A program made the translations under genes and the position numbers. A DNA stretch of 64,000 nucleotides from Octopus sinensis (Eukaryota): the NCBI RefSeq assembly GCF_006345805.1, contig NC_043003.1:12772001-12836000 (forward strand), in the 5' to 3' direction. Numbering within the stretch: the stretch's first letter is position 1; each line of letters starts with the position of its first letter. The notes under the pieces were generated by a model. The model was not told the origin of the DNA and did no database searches. It saw only the letters and a program-made list of their open reading frames with translations. Positions 13,624-26,728 of this stretch are shown one piece after another.

Positions 13624-15591
13624 TATTTCTTTATTGCTCACAAGAGGCTAAACACAGAGGGTACAAACAAGGACAGACAAAGGGATTAAGTCAATTACAT
13701 CGACCCCAGTGCATAACTGGTACTTAATTTATCGACCCCGAAAGGATGAAAGGCAAAGTCGACCTCGGCGGAATTTGAACTCAGAACGTAACAGCAGACG
13801 AAATACCTATTTCTTTACTACCCACAAGGGGCTAAACACAGAGAGGACAAACAAGGACAGACAAAGGGATTAAGTCAATTACATCGACCCCAGTGCGTAA
13901 CTGGTACTTATTTATCGACCCCGAAAGGATGAAAGGCAAAGTCGACCTCGGCGGAATTTGAATTCAGAACGTAACAGCAGACGAAATACCTATTTCTTTA
14001 CTACTCACAAGGGGCTAAACACAGAGGGGACAAACAAGGACAGACAAAGGGATTAAGTCGATTATATCGACCCCAGTGCGTAACTGGCACTTAATTTATC
14101 GACTCCGAAAGGATGAAAGGTAAAGTCGACCTCGGCGGAATTTGAACTCGGAACGTAGCAGCAGACGAAATACAGCTAAGAATTTAGCCCGGCGTGCTAA
14201 CGTTTCTGCCAGCTCGCCGCCTTCTATCTATCTATGTCTACAATTTGACCGAAGGGTCAGACAATATATTTATAGAGAATATGAAATTTATTTTTCGAAG
14301 GAAAAGGTTGAAAGTAGCTTCGACGTTTCACCGATTGTTAGGTTTAGTAGCTTGCTAACCAACCACATGGTTCTGGGTTCAGTCCCACTGCGTGGCATCT
14401 TGGGCAAGTGTCTTCTACTATAGCCCCGGGCCGACCAATGCCTTGTGAGTGGATTTGGTAGACGGAAACTGAAAGAAGCCTGTCGTATATATGTATATAT
14501 ATGTGTGTGTGTATGTGTTTGACCCCCTAGCATTGCTTGACAACCGATGCTGGTGTGTTTACGTCCCCGTCACTTAGCGGTTCGGCAAAACAGACCGATA
14601 GAATAAGTACTGGGCTTACAAAGAATAAGTCCCGGGGTCGATTTGCTCGACTAAAGGCGGTGCTCCAGCATGGCCGCAGTCAAATGACTGAAACAATTAA
14701 AAGAGTAAAAGAGTTTACTGCGGAAATGAGACCGAGGAAAGACCACGGTGGTGCCCCAGCATGACCGCAGCCGCATAGCTAAAACGAGAATAAGACTAAA
14801 AGAATACACATACGTACGTATGTAAATGGATATTTGATGCAAAGCTTTGAAGGAAACATAACTAGAACATTTTAAGTAATGTCGAAGTGCCAATGATAAT
14901 ACGAAGATATATTCATACGCATAAAGAGAGAGAGAAATGTCTCTCAAATAAGTCGGCATCGAATCAGAAACGATAAATAGGCGATGCCAAAACGTCTTAT
15001 ACCCCTAAAGAAGCCTCGTACAGGATAAGTAGCCAAAAGAAATCTCAGGAAGGTAACAATCTGATGAGAGAAACGAGTGGAAGAGAAATGGACTAAAATA
15101 TATCGTAGTGTTTGCACCTCTTCGCATATATTCTTTTCGTACATAAAACCTGTTATCAGGAAACATTATCAAAGCCAAAACTTGGCCCTGATTAAAGGAA
15201 ACAAACTTGAAAGGTGACCTTGAAGATTTTTTTTCTTCTTCTCTTCGTAAAAGAATATATTTTAGCTGAGAAATGTCGGTTTCCATCACGCAGCACTCTC
15301 TTTACTCTTTTACTTTGTTTCAGTCATTTGACTGCGGCCATGCTGGAGCACCGCCTTTAGTCGAGCAAATCGACCCCAGGACTTATTCTTTGTAAGCCTA
15401 GTATTTATTCCATCGGTCTCTTTTGCCGAACCGCTAAGTTACGGGGACATAAACACACCAACATCGGTTGTCAAGTATATATATATATATATTGTGTGTA
15501 TGTCGTGTATATATATATATGTGTGTGTGTGTGTCTGTGTTTGTCACCCCCAACATCGCTTGACAAACGATGTTGGTGTGTTTACGTCCCC

Positions 15592-15649
<58 letters not shown>

Positions 15650-16029
15650 TATATATATAAATTAATAAATAAAATATATGCATACATACATATATGTACG
15701 TACCTACATCTACATGTATATATACATGCATATATAAATATATATATGTGAGTACAGGACACCACAAATAGACGTAGAACTAATTCTTCCTGCGAAAGAA
15801 TTAAATAAAATTCCTTTGCAGAGGGGTAAAAACAAGGAAAGAAAAAAATGTGACAAAAACAGGACGTAAAAATAATACAAATAAAAAAACAAATACAAAA
15901 TAAAAATACAAATACAAGAAAATACAGTACAAGTACTGTTTTTTTACGTCCTGTTTTTGTCACATTTTTTTCTTTCTTTGTTTTTACCCCTCTGCAAAGA
16001 AATTTTATTTAATTCTTTCGCAGGAAGGG

Positions 16030-16105
16030 CTAGTTCGACGAGTCGTGTTCTGTCCTTACCTTCGAAACACACATGGAGTCGAACTAGGGACAGCTGATGA
16101 AGGGG
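16030..16105 (+). ncRNA. Candidate non-circularly permuted hammerhead ribozyme
   Basis: GTG-TT-CTGTCC ... cttc GAAA CAC ... GGACAG CTGATGA a gggg; stem I 6 bp, stem III 4 bp, weak stem II; see findings. Confidence 0.5.
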
Positions 16106-16381
16106 AATTTTCCTTGTATTGTTTGTCTTGTACTCTGTTTTTTCGTTGTTAAAAAAAGTCCGTTTCCATGTTTGTTTTTACGTTTTCGTTTCTCGTTGAG
16201 TTCTACGTCTATTTGTGGTGTCCTGTACTCACATATATATTTATATATGCATGTATATATACATGTAGATGTAGGTACGTACATACATGTATGTATGTAT
16301 GCATATATTTTATTTATTAATTTATTGCATGACTGAGCGCCCTCGCGTCGTTTCGTTTCTTTTCTGTTCTCCAAGTAAGTT

Positions 16382-16463
<82 letters not shown>

Positions 16464-18492
16464 GACAGGCTTCTTTCAGTTTCTGTCTACCAAATCCACT
16501 CACAAGCCATTGGTCGGCCCGAGGCTATAGTAGAAGACACTTGCCCATGGTGCCATGCAGTGGGACTGAACCCCCAACAATGTGGTTGGTAAGCAAGCTA
16601 CTTACCACACAGCCACGCCTGCACACCAACATACTTATAATTATAATTACCAATCAAATCAAAATGATGCACCACCACGTTTCCTTATTTACTAATTATA
16701 GTTATTTACATCTTAGAGGCCCACTTTACCCCCTTTTTTAAAGCAAATACAGTAATCCCACGACTATCGCGGGTGTTACTATCCAAAACACCCCGTCAAA
16801 ATCCGCGAAGTAGAAACAGTACTGTACAGTGTATGTTTTAAAAATTATTTTTATAATTTGTATATATTTGTTTGTTCCTTCTCGAGCCATGCCTGGCTCA
16901 TAAAGGCCGGTTTCCCGGTTTCCTTGGCGTATAGGTTCCCCACCTGGACGGGACGCCGGTCCGTCGCAGATGAGCTCCAAGATGCAGGAGGAAAAAGTGA
17001 GAGAAAGTTGTGGCGAAAGAGTCAGGCGCGTGGAGCTTAGGTGTTTCGCTCATAAACACACACATCGCCCGGTCTAAGATTCGAACCCGCGATTCCTCGA
17101 CCGCGAGTCCGTTGCTCTAGCCACTAGGCCATGTGCCTCCACTTGTATATATTTTATCACAAATGCAAGACAACACTACAGAGGAATCGACGTCAGCTTA
17201 AACAATAAATCGCGATATGCCGAAAGATTTTTAGGATTGAAATACATAGCAAAAAGAACCTAATTCATTTGGTTGGTAAGCATAAAATATAAATGACTTT
17301 ATAACACTCTTCCATTTATTTGGCCAATCTCCAAATTTAAAAGCAATGTCAACAGACGAACAAGCAATAACAGTGGGAACTAACGACACTATTTAATTTG
17401 AGTGTTTCTTGAAAATTATCCAAAAGAAAAAAAATTCTTTACGACGTCGATAATTTTCCAAGCCATTATCAGTGCGTGTAAGGCAGTGAGTTGGTAGGAA
17501 GGCGGCGAGCTGGCAGAAACGTTAGCACGCCGGGCGAAATGCGTAGCCGTATTTCGACTGCCGTTACGTTCTGAGTTCAAATTCCGCCGAGGTCGACTTT
17601 GTCTTTCATCCTTTCGGGGTCGATTAAATAAGTACCAGTTACGCACTGGGGTCGATATAATCGACTTGATCTGTTTGTCTGTCCTTGTTTGTCCTCTCTG
17701 TGTTTAGCCCCTTGTGGGTAGTAAAGAAATAGGTATTTCGTCTGCCGCTACGTTCTGAGTTCAAATTCTGCCGAGGTCGACTTTGCCTTTCATCCTTTCG
17801 GGGTCGATAAATTAAGTACCAGTTACGCACTGGGGTCGACGTAATCGACTTAATCCGTTTGTCTGTCCTTGTTTGTCCTCTCTGTGTTTAGCCCCTTGTG
17901 GGTAGTAAAGAAATAGGCAGTGAGTTGGTAGAGTCGTTAGCGTGCCGGACAAATTGCTTAGCGGTATTTCGACTGTCTTAATGTTCTGAGTTCAAATTCC
18001 GCCGAGGTCGACTTTGCCTTACATTCTTTTAGAGTCGATGCAGGCGTGACTGTGTGGTAAGAAACATGCGTCTCAACCACATTGTTCCGGGTTCAGTCCC
18101 ACTGCGTGACATCTTCGTCGAGCCTCTTTGGGCCGATCAAATCTTTCTGAGTGGATTTGGTAGACAAAAACTGAAAGAAGCCCATCGTGTGTGTGTATGT
18201 GTGTGTCTTTGTCCCCACCACCATCACTAGACAACCGATGCTGGTGTGTTTACTTCCTCGTAACTTAGCGGTTCGGCATAAGAGGCCGACAAAATAAGTA
18301 CTAGGCTTGCAAAGAATAAGCCCTGGAGTCCATTTTGTTCAACTAAAACCTTTTATGGTGGCGCTCCAGTATGACCGCAGTCAACTTTACCTATCATCCT
18401 TTCGGGGTCGATGAAATAAGCACTGAGGTCGAGATAATTCCGTTAGCCTCCCTGTATCCGTTCCCGCTTTGTGCCAATAATTTCCGTGTGTA

Positions 18493-19220
18493 AGGCGGCA
18501 ATCTGGCAGAAACATTAGTACGCCGGGAAAAATGCTTAGCGGTATTTCGTCTGCCGCTACGTTCTGAGTTCAAATTCCGCCGAGGTCAACTTTGCCTGTC
18601 ATCCTTTCGGGATCGATTAAATAAGTACCAGTTACGCACTGGGGTCGAAGTAATCGACTTAATCCCTTTATCTGTCCTTGTTTGCCCTCTCTGTGTTTAG
18701 CCCCTTGTGGGTAGTAAAGAAATAGGTATTTCGTCTGCCGCTACGTTCTGAGTTCAAATTCCGCCGAGGTTGACTTTGCCTTTCATCCTTTCGGAGTCGA
18801 TAAATTAAGTACCAGTTACGCACTGGGGTCGATGTAATCGACTTAATCCGTTTTTCAGTCCTTGTTTGTCCTCTCTGTGTTTAGCCCCTTGTGGGTAGTA
18901 AAGAAATTGGTATTTCGTCTGCCGCTACGTTCTGAGTTCAAATTCCGCCGAGGTCGACTTTGCCTTTCATCCTCTCGGGGTCGATAAATTAAGTACCAGT
19001 TACGCACTGGGGTCGATGTAATCGACTTAATCCCTTTGTCCTTGTTTGTCCTCTCTGTGTTTAGCCCCTTGTGGGTAGTAAAGAAATAGGTATTTCGTTT
19101 GTCTTTTCGTTCTGAGTTCAAATTCCGCCGAGGTCAACTTTGCCTTTCATCCTTTCGGGGTCGATAAATTAAGTACCAGATGCGTACTGAGATTGAGCAC
19201 TGGGGTCGATATAATCGACT
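18493..19220 (+). mobile_element. tRNA-derived SINE family B, head-to-tail array (~184-bp units)
   Basis: tatttcgt recurs at 18543, 18727, 18911, 19091; head aaggcggc..ctggcagaa, B box gagttcaaattcc. Similar arrays at 13622-14222(-), 17499-17915, 48818-49232(-). Confidence 0.88.
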
Positions 19221-19722
19221 GCCTCCACAAAAAAAAAAAAAATGTCGGGCCTTGTGCCTATAATAAAGAATAATTTCCGTGTGTGTGTGTGTGTGAAGCC
19301 GATGATTTTAATGTTTTAATTTTTTTAAATATTTCATGCATTTTGTTTTTTCTTGTTACAGTTTCCCTTTTATGATTTTTCCCACTTGACTTTGATTTTT
19401 GGTTGTAAACACTTAAACCTTTTTAGTGTGATTGCTCGTCACGTAATCTTCCCAGGCAGTTCACAATACGAGGTAGGTTTTCAAGTGTAGACAATGGCTA
19501 CTAAAGTTTGAGTTTTCAAATATTTTATTAACCAGCATTGTCATACTTACAAGTGTACAGCCAATAAATTCATGGAAAAAACATTCATCAAACAAAGCGG
19601 TTACGCATCTTCTGTATTTAACTTACTGGATAATTTCATGAAAGTTGTACAAGGAATTATAATATAATTAATATGTGGTACTTGGCACTGCAAGTCAAAG
19701 TAGGCGCCTTTTGTACAACATA

Positions 19723-20228
19723 CCGTAAATCCTCGAGTATAATCCCCCCCCCCCAATTTAAAGGTCAAAATCCCTAGTGCGTACTATATACGAGGTTAAA
19801 AAAGAAAAATAATTTCTAAGCAATGTTCGAGTTTCTATTTGCTGTCCGACAATGTTTATTCAGACGCATTTTGTGATGTCGGACGCGAAAATACCTTAAG
19901 CTAAGCCAGAAAGCAATGAAGTCATAAAAGAATCATCCATAACTTGCAGTAAGCAACATTTATTAAACATTATTACTGCTATTTCTTTATTTTCTGCAAA
20001 CAAAATGCACAAAAAAGCTACCCGTTTGCATTATGTTATATATACAATAATAATAAAGGACGTTACTGTATATATTTTTATAAATCAAGGACGTTATATA
20101 TACCTCCTTGGCTCAAGTTAGAGAAGGGTTGCGTATTATACACAAGGTTTAGGTTTTTCAGAGGTACAGCCCCCTAAAAATCCTCTGCGTATTATACTCA
20201 AGGGTGGAGTATACTTGATGATTTACGG
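19723..20228. mobile_element. ~500-bp MITE, TIR CCGTAAATCCTCGAGTATA, TA TSD (Tc1/mariner-pogo type), copy 1
   Basis: ta|ccgtaaatcctcgagtata ... tatacttgatgatttacgg|ta; near-identical to 27676-28172. Confidence 0.85.
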
Positions 20229-23200
20229 TAATTACATCAGGATTTTTTTTGTAACTTCTTTAAAGAAATTTCCTGGAAAAAGTTAATTATCTTCTGAGAT
20301 TCATCGTGGAAAATTACCCCAATACACCAAATTTAAAAATTTTCACTAAACTTTAAAAAATTTCCACGGGTAGCCAAAAAGAAAAAAAATCCCATTTGAA
20401 AAGTGATAGAGGTGGGAGAAAGAACAACTCGCAACAAGTGACATAGATTGCTTTTGATAGCTTAGTGACACCCTGGCCCTGAGAGGGAATGTTCAGCCAA
20501 ATTGTTTGACAGGAAAACACGTCGCGTTACTTTGAAATTTGTCTTAAGTCAACCGATCCTGATCGGTCAAGACATATTTACGTAATACCTTTTATGGCGA
20601 CACTTTTCCTCTTGTGGAGATATAATAGTTCGTAGTTCTATCCAGGTAAGAGCTGAGTTATAATTTAAAACTTCGCAGAGGCCTCTCTACGCTTTAAAAA
20701 GCTTCCAGGCGATCGCTCAATCTGCTAAAAGTAGCAGCCAAATCTATCTCAGATCACACCTTAGAGCAGTAGTCTCCATCTTTTTTTTTTATATCTGGTC
20801 AGATCCAAAACCTGATTTTTTAAAAAGAGAGCGGATCTTTTCCTTTTGAACGGCACATGTCAACACAATTTCTAGTTAACTAAACACTTTAAAACTTCGT
20901 ATACTGGTAGAATGTGTTTATAAAACATCATTTTTTCTTGGCTTTATTGAGAAAATTCTATATGTTGTAACATATTTCGACTTTAATTTCGAGCATTTCG
21001 GCAATTTTAACCAATCGCTGACCTCCATTGACGTAAACAACATTCCGTGCTGTATGAATATGTCCCACGTTTAAGAAACAGATTGGGTTTATTTACATTT
21101 GCGAAGAAAAAAAGATACCCTTCCAAGATACCCTTGGAAAAGATCCAAGAGGGCCGCATAGAAAAGTAAAACACAAGTTAATTAAAGAAAAAAGTTATTA
21201 TATTTATAGTGGGCAAACTGTCGAAGTTGCCGGAAGGATGCTTAAAAGGCGCATGAGGCCTTGGGAACCGCGGTTGTGGTAAGTAGCTTGCTTACCAACT
21301 AAATGGTTCCGGGTTTAGTGTCTTCTACTATAGCCTCGGGCCGACCAAAGCCTTGTGAGTGGATTTGGTAGACGGAAACTGAAAGAAGCCCGTCGTATAT
21401 ATGTATATATATATGTAGGTGTGTATATGTGTTTGTGTCTGTGTTTGTCCCCCCCCAACATCGCCTGACAACCGATGCTGGTGTGTTTACGTCCTCGTAA
21501 CTTAGCGGTTCGGCAAAAAGAGATCGATAGTATAAGTACTAGGATTACAAAGATTAAGTCGCGGGGTCGATTTGTTCGACTAAAGCATGGCCACAGTCAA
21601 ATGACTGAAACAAGTAAAAAGTAGGAAACAAAGTCAGTGGTAGTGTGTGTGTGTGGGGGGGGGGGGGAGACACACTTGTGTAGGTATGTCGCTATTTTAA
21701 TGTATTGTAACACCAGGATAATTCAGAGAACACGACCACCAGATATTCGAGATATTCTTTCCCACATCCTAACCACTGCTAATTCACTGTGTACCAGTTA
21801 TAATACTAATAATTTCTAACAAGAGCACAAGGTCACTCATTTGGGTGCGGAGTTGGCCAATTAAACCGACTCAATACTTGACTGATACTCTATCTTATCA
21901 ACCCTTGAGGGATGAAAAGTAGGGTAAAGTTGACGTAGTTGATATTTGAACTCAAAATTTTGTCCGATGTGCTAACGATTCCGGCAACAAATATTAGCTT
22001 AGTACCTTATAAACTAATGGCGTAGCGTGGATAACGGATCGTGTGAATTTTCCGAAATCCTCTCTTCACCCCTTTGGAATCCCCACAAATTTCTTTATAA
22101 TCGTAATCTATGCCATTTGAACGGTATTTCTATAAAATTTCATCAATATATATCCATTTTCCTGAAAGTTATGAGGGAAAAATCAGATCTTGTGAATTTT
22201 CCGAAAGTCCTCTTTCCTGCCGTTCGTTTGCGCAAATTTTCATTTTCATATTCGTTCTCTACACATTTTTTTACATCAATTGGACTGGGGGTTTTTCCGT
22301 TTTGGTGACCGGGAGTTAAACTATATATTATCATGTTAATTTTACTTCAGCGATTATCCGACTCCTACCAAATATTTTCCTCGCACTTGTGTCATCGTTC
22401 TTTCTCTGTGTAGAGAACCGACGAACTGACAGAATCGTTCGCACGCCGGACAAAATACTTAACAGCATTTCGTCCGTCTTTACGTTCTGAATTCAAATTC
22501 CGCCTTTCATCCTTTCGGAGTGAATAAAATAACACCAGTTAAGTACTGAGGTTGATGTAATCGACTGATCCCCTCCATCAAGATTCCGGGCCTTGCGCCT
22601 ATAGTAGAAATGGGTTGATGTAATCCACTTACCTCAATCCCTAAAATTGTTGACCTTATGCCAAAATTTCCCTATGGCTTAAAACCGATATAATCGTTAT
22701 CGTGACGGATAGAATAGTGACATTTCTTCCGGTTATTTAACTCAGAATGTTAAAAAAGAGTAGAGGGTCCCACTGACGATTCTCTAACTGGATCCCATCA
22801 CTTCTAAGCGCCGACCCTGACTTAATATAACCAATAATAGATTTTATAATCTAATTTTGTGTTTGTTTATATTTAAAAAAAAATATATGCATATTCAAGA
22901 TGAAACTAAATGATTGTATAAATATTAACAGTAATGAGAGGAAGGGACATAAATTTGAGAGATACCACAATTAAAAGTTATCGATTGCATGTGATCTGTT
23001 TAAGCTCGTATGCAATCATCTGTAATTGTTGATTACTATATATATTGTAGTTTGCAAATATTCGCGTAAAGGGCGTTGCTCACACACAAGATCTGCATAA
23101 AGTAGGGGTAATATTGCTCACACACAATCAGAATGTGGGATCTAAGAAAATATTCTTCAGAATTTTATAGCAACTATAGATGAAGTTGAAAACGTGAGAC

Positions 23201-23823
23201 AATCTTTACAGACTAATAACAAGTTATAATACAATTTACTCACCGAACAAAATACAACTTAAATCATTCCAGTAAAATATATTTTCTTTCAAATACTAAA
23301 TAACACCAATATAAGTAATCCATTAAATACATGCTTTTGCTGGATCTGTTTCAAGAAAAAATAAACTTCACGCCTTCAAGTTTAAAGTTAAACAATTAGT
23401 TTATTTCCGAAATTATAAAGTGCACTTAAGGAAGAAATATATTTAAAGGACACAACCACCGGTTGCACCGGGCACCTTCTTAATTGCTTTACGAAATGAA
23501 TTAATTATATTTAGTCACATCGTTTAATCCGTTATAATGAACTTTATTTTATTGTAATTTACTTCATGCTTCATCGATCTCCGTATGAAAAATCTAAGAG
23601 TGATCAAACCCTTGGTTAAACTTGAAATTTCTGTATTTATTATCCCTTGCTCAGCTCATCATTGCTCTCATTACTAGCGATGCTACCGAGTTTTTCTTAA
23701 AAATGTTTCTTTGGAAACCGTGTTCGAACCTCTGTGAGAGGTTTTTAAAATTCAAGTGAGTCAACGAAATTAATATTATTTTGCTTGATTGTTTGTTTTA
23801 TTGTTTGGTTCCTGTTATTCGCA

Positions 23824-26004
23824 ATGACAGGTTGTGTGGCTGAATTGTTTTTCTGGACTGTCGGAAGCAATGTTTACATACCTGATAACATCACTGGTTG
23901 CCATGTGTACCACGAAAAAGATGAGAGAGTCTCCAGAGCGGAACATCCATATTGGCATGAAAAACAAATATATACAGAAAGTCGTGATATTACTTGGAGT
24001 CTACGTAACAAGAGACCGGATAAACTTCGGGATACTTTAAAAGAAGTGGAAATTTTATTAAGCCAGTACAAATGTGTGAAGGCCAGTTGGAAAAATAAAG
24101 TTGTCCTCCAGATTATTTTAAGCAATGGATATCTAATTACGTACCTTGTTAAAGAAAATGTTGCCGATATCGAAAAAGTACTCATTGATAAATCACTTTG
24201 CGGAAAATTGAGCGGAGAATTCATTTCCGATGCTCTCCTAACCAACAGTTTTATTATTCTGTCATATCCTAATCTCGCTAAATTGGATTACGTTTACTTT
24301 CAAAAAAGAAGTAATGCGGGAGATGTCGGTAAGAAAATTGAGAAAGTGTCAGCGTTTGATCCAAAATTCGGTCATTTTCAAATCCCTGGACCGTCAACAA
24401 GACGAGTTAACAGACACTTATCTTATTGTTCTGACCGAAATTTGCTCTTGGTTTGGTGTTCTATCAATCCCAAGGATGGTTGTCCGTGGTCACCGCTGGT
24501 CAGTGATTGCGAACAGGCCAACTTGGTGTTGTTATCAATAAATGGACCTCGATTAGAAGTTATTTCTCACGTCAAAACAGAATATAACCTTCTGAATGCT
24601 ACTTTGAGTAAAAAAACTCAACAAATAATTACGGTAGAGCTGGTCTCAAGTCGGTCAGAGGAAACAACTGTTGAAAGAGGGACATACGAAATCTTAAAAA
24701 CAAAGTTACAACAGAGTAGGTCTATATCTATGACTCTGCCCAGTCTCTTCACTTGCCTTAGTGTCCATCCCTCAACAAACAGACTGCTATTTGGTTGTCA
24801 AGATGGAACTTTAGTGATGTTTGATGAAACTTTTATGACAATGCATTCAACCCAAGCCAGTTTAATACCGGTAAATATAAAATGGCACTCAAATGGCGCT
24901 GTTGCATTTGTTGTAAGTGCCTCTGGGAATCTTCAGTTATTTGATCTTGCTCTTAACCACCTCAACTTCCAGTTGCTTGGTGACCAGTTTTCTTCAGAGA
25001 AAGTATTAAAGACTGATATGTTTTTTAAGAAAACCATTTTCTTTCAAGACATGCAATGGAATGATTGTGACAATGATACCGAACTCTCAAAGAATTCCCA
25101 ATTTCTTTTACTTATATTCAATAAAGGCCCACTGGCTGTTTTACAGTTATACTTTGGCCTTATGAGTCAAGAGGGTTTGTCTGTTCTTGAACTGATCAAA
25201 GAATACATAAAACACCAACAACTTTATGAAGCTACCAACCTGTTGTGTTCTTTACATTGGGAAAATGATGGCCCAAGTTGTTATGCAGGTATTTCAGCTA
25301 TTGCTAATTACCTTTTGCGACTGCCACTCAATGCAGAAAGAGAAAGCTACCTTGAAAAGACTCTAGGTATGTTTTATTCTCCGGTGAAAACATCAATTGC
25401 TAACATATTAGAATATCGAGATCCAATATGTAGACTTGCTCGACGATTTTTCCATTTGCTTCTCAGATATTCTCGGTTTGAAAAGGCTTTCCTGCTTGCT
25501 GTCGATATAGGGAGTGAAGATCTGTTCATGGACTTACATTACACTGCTGTAGACCACAACGAAACATCATTAGCAGAAGTTTCAAAAAAGAAGGCTGAAG
25601 AAATTCAAGAGTTAGGCATAAATTCTTCAGAAGAAGAAGAAAGCTCTGAGTCAGACTACCATTCTGATTACTATCAGAATCCTTTGCAGAGCTATCATCC
25701 CAGTAACTCTGACTTTGTTGAAAAGGTGATGCACCATCCAAAAATTAAGAAATCACCCAGTCTGCAAGAACGATGTCCAAGTCGTGTCCCAAAATTAAGA
25801 TTAAGACATCGTACAGAAAATACAGACAAAGAATCAACTGTTGATTATTTCCATTCCGCAACCTCTTTTCAACCTTCTGAAAACTATCATGATGCGATCG
25901 GTAAGGAATTGGTTAACGAATTAATTCAAGACTACACAGACGCTTTACTGGACAAACCTACCATTGATGTTGATGGCACTAGTCATGTTTTTACATATTT
26001 ATAG
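23824..26004 (+). CDS. WDPCP: WD repeat-containing and planar cell polarity effector protein fritz homolog, single-exon CDS (726 aa)
   Basis: Uninterrupted ORF with ESRDITWSLRNKRPDKLRDTLKEVE, IEKVLIDKSLCGKL, LQLFDLALN, LARRFFHLLLRYSRFEKAFLLAVDIGSEDLFMDLHY, recognisable as fritz/WDPCP. First ATG at 23824 (MTGCVAELFFW, resembling the conserved N-terminus). Confidence 0.93.
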   Translation: MTGCVAELFFWTVGSNVYIPDNITGCHVYHEKDERVSRAEHPYWHEKQIYTESRDITWSLRNKRPDKLRDTLKEVEILLSQYKCVKASWKNKVVLQIILSNGYLITYLVKENVADIEKVLIDKSLCGKLSGEFISDALLTNSFIILSYPNLAKLDYVYFQKRSNAGDVGKKIEKVSAFDPKFGHFQIPGPSTRRVNRHLSYCSDRNLLLVWCSINPKDGCPWSPLVSDCEQANLVLLSINGPRLEVISHVKTEYNLLNATLSKKTQQIITVELVSSRSEETTVERGTYEILKTKLQQSRSISMTLPSLFTCLSVHPSTNRLLFGCQDGTLVMFDETFMTMHSTQASLIPVNIKWHSNGAVAFVVSASGNLQLFDLALNHLNFQLLGDQFSSEKVLKTDMFFKKTIFFQDMQWNDCDNDTELSKNSQFLLLIFNKGPLAVLQLYFGLMSQEGLSVLELIKEYIKHQQLYEATNLLCSLHWENDGPSCYAGISAIANYLLRLPLNAERESYLEKTLGMFYSPVKTSIANILEYRDPICRLARRFFHLLLRYSRFEKAFLLAVDIGSEDLFMDLHYTAVDHNETSLAEVSKKKAEEIQELGINSSEEEESSESDYHSDYYQNPLQSYHPSNSDFVEKVMHHPKIKKSPSLQERCPSRVPKLRLRHRTENTDKESTVDYFHSATSFQPSENYHDAIGKELVNELIQDYTDALLDKPTIDVDGTSHVFTYL

Positions 26005-26728
26005 TTATTTAACATTGGTCAAAATAATTAAAAACAAAACCCTTAAGCTCCGTAAGGGAACTTCTACACAGTTGCTCAACCTGCTAGAAATAGCAGCTAA
26101 ATTCATTCACATCATACCCTACCATCTTAACCCTTTACCTGTCTAAAGCATTTTCATAAGTTTGCCCAAACCGTCCATGCTTGTTTCCAGACTTTTGGTA
26201 AGCATTTCTTTCATATGTCCTGAGTAAAATTGCCAATGCGAATCATATATAATGATTGGATGCCAAGGAAATACACAGGACATATAAAATTTTAAGAAAA
26301 AATGGATACATTACAAAATGTAGTCCCACATATGCAAAAAGGATGGAATGATTACACCTAGAATACCTTTGACAGTAGATTTGCTCAATCAAAGCTCACC
26401 TGGGATTAAGCAACAACAACAGCTAAAATACCTGTTTCATTACTTCAAAGTTAAGTACTATCAGAAAACAGTTATTTTCTGGCGAACCCCTGCCCCTTGC
26501 ATAACAAACAGGCTCCTGCAAAGAAAACATACATTTTGTTTTTCTTCCATCTATTTCTTTATGTTTGGGAAAAATGAATATTGAGATAGAAAATATTTGA
26601 TTTTGGATTCTTTAAATTCTTCTTAATCAGTGTTTGTCAACCATTTTCTTTTCCTGTGGAGCCCTTTGGTTCCTGTTTTATTCGTATAGATCCTCCTTGC
26701 CATTCGATGTTTAACAAAATCCTGTTAT

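Noticed and set aside
18543-19090. Retrozyme interpretation of the 184-bp tandem unit
   Set aside because: Size fits, but I found no CUGANGA/GAAA core on either strand.
23785-23823. TTG start for WDPCP
   Set aside because: Non-ATG start in a eukaryote; similarity begins at ATG 23824.
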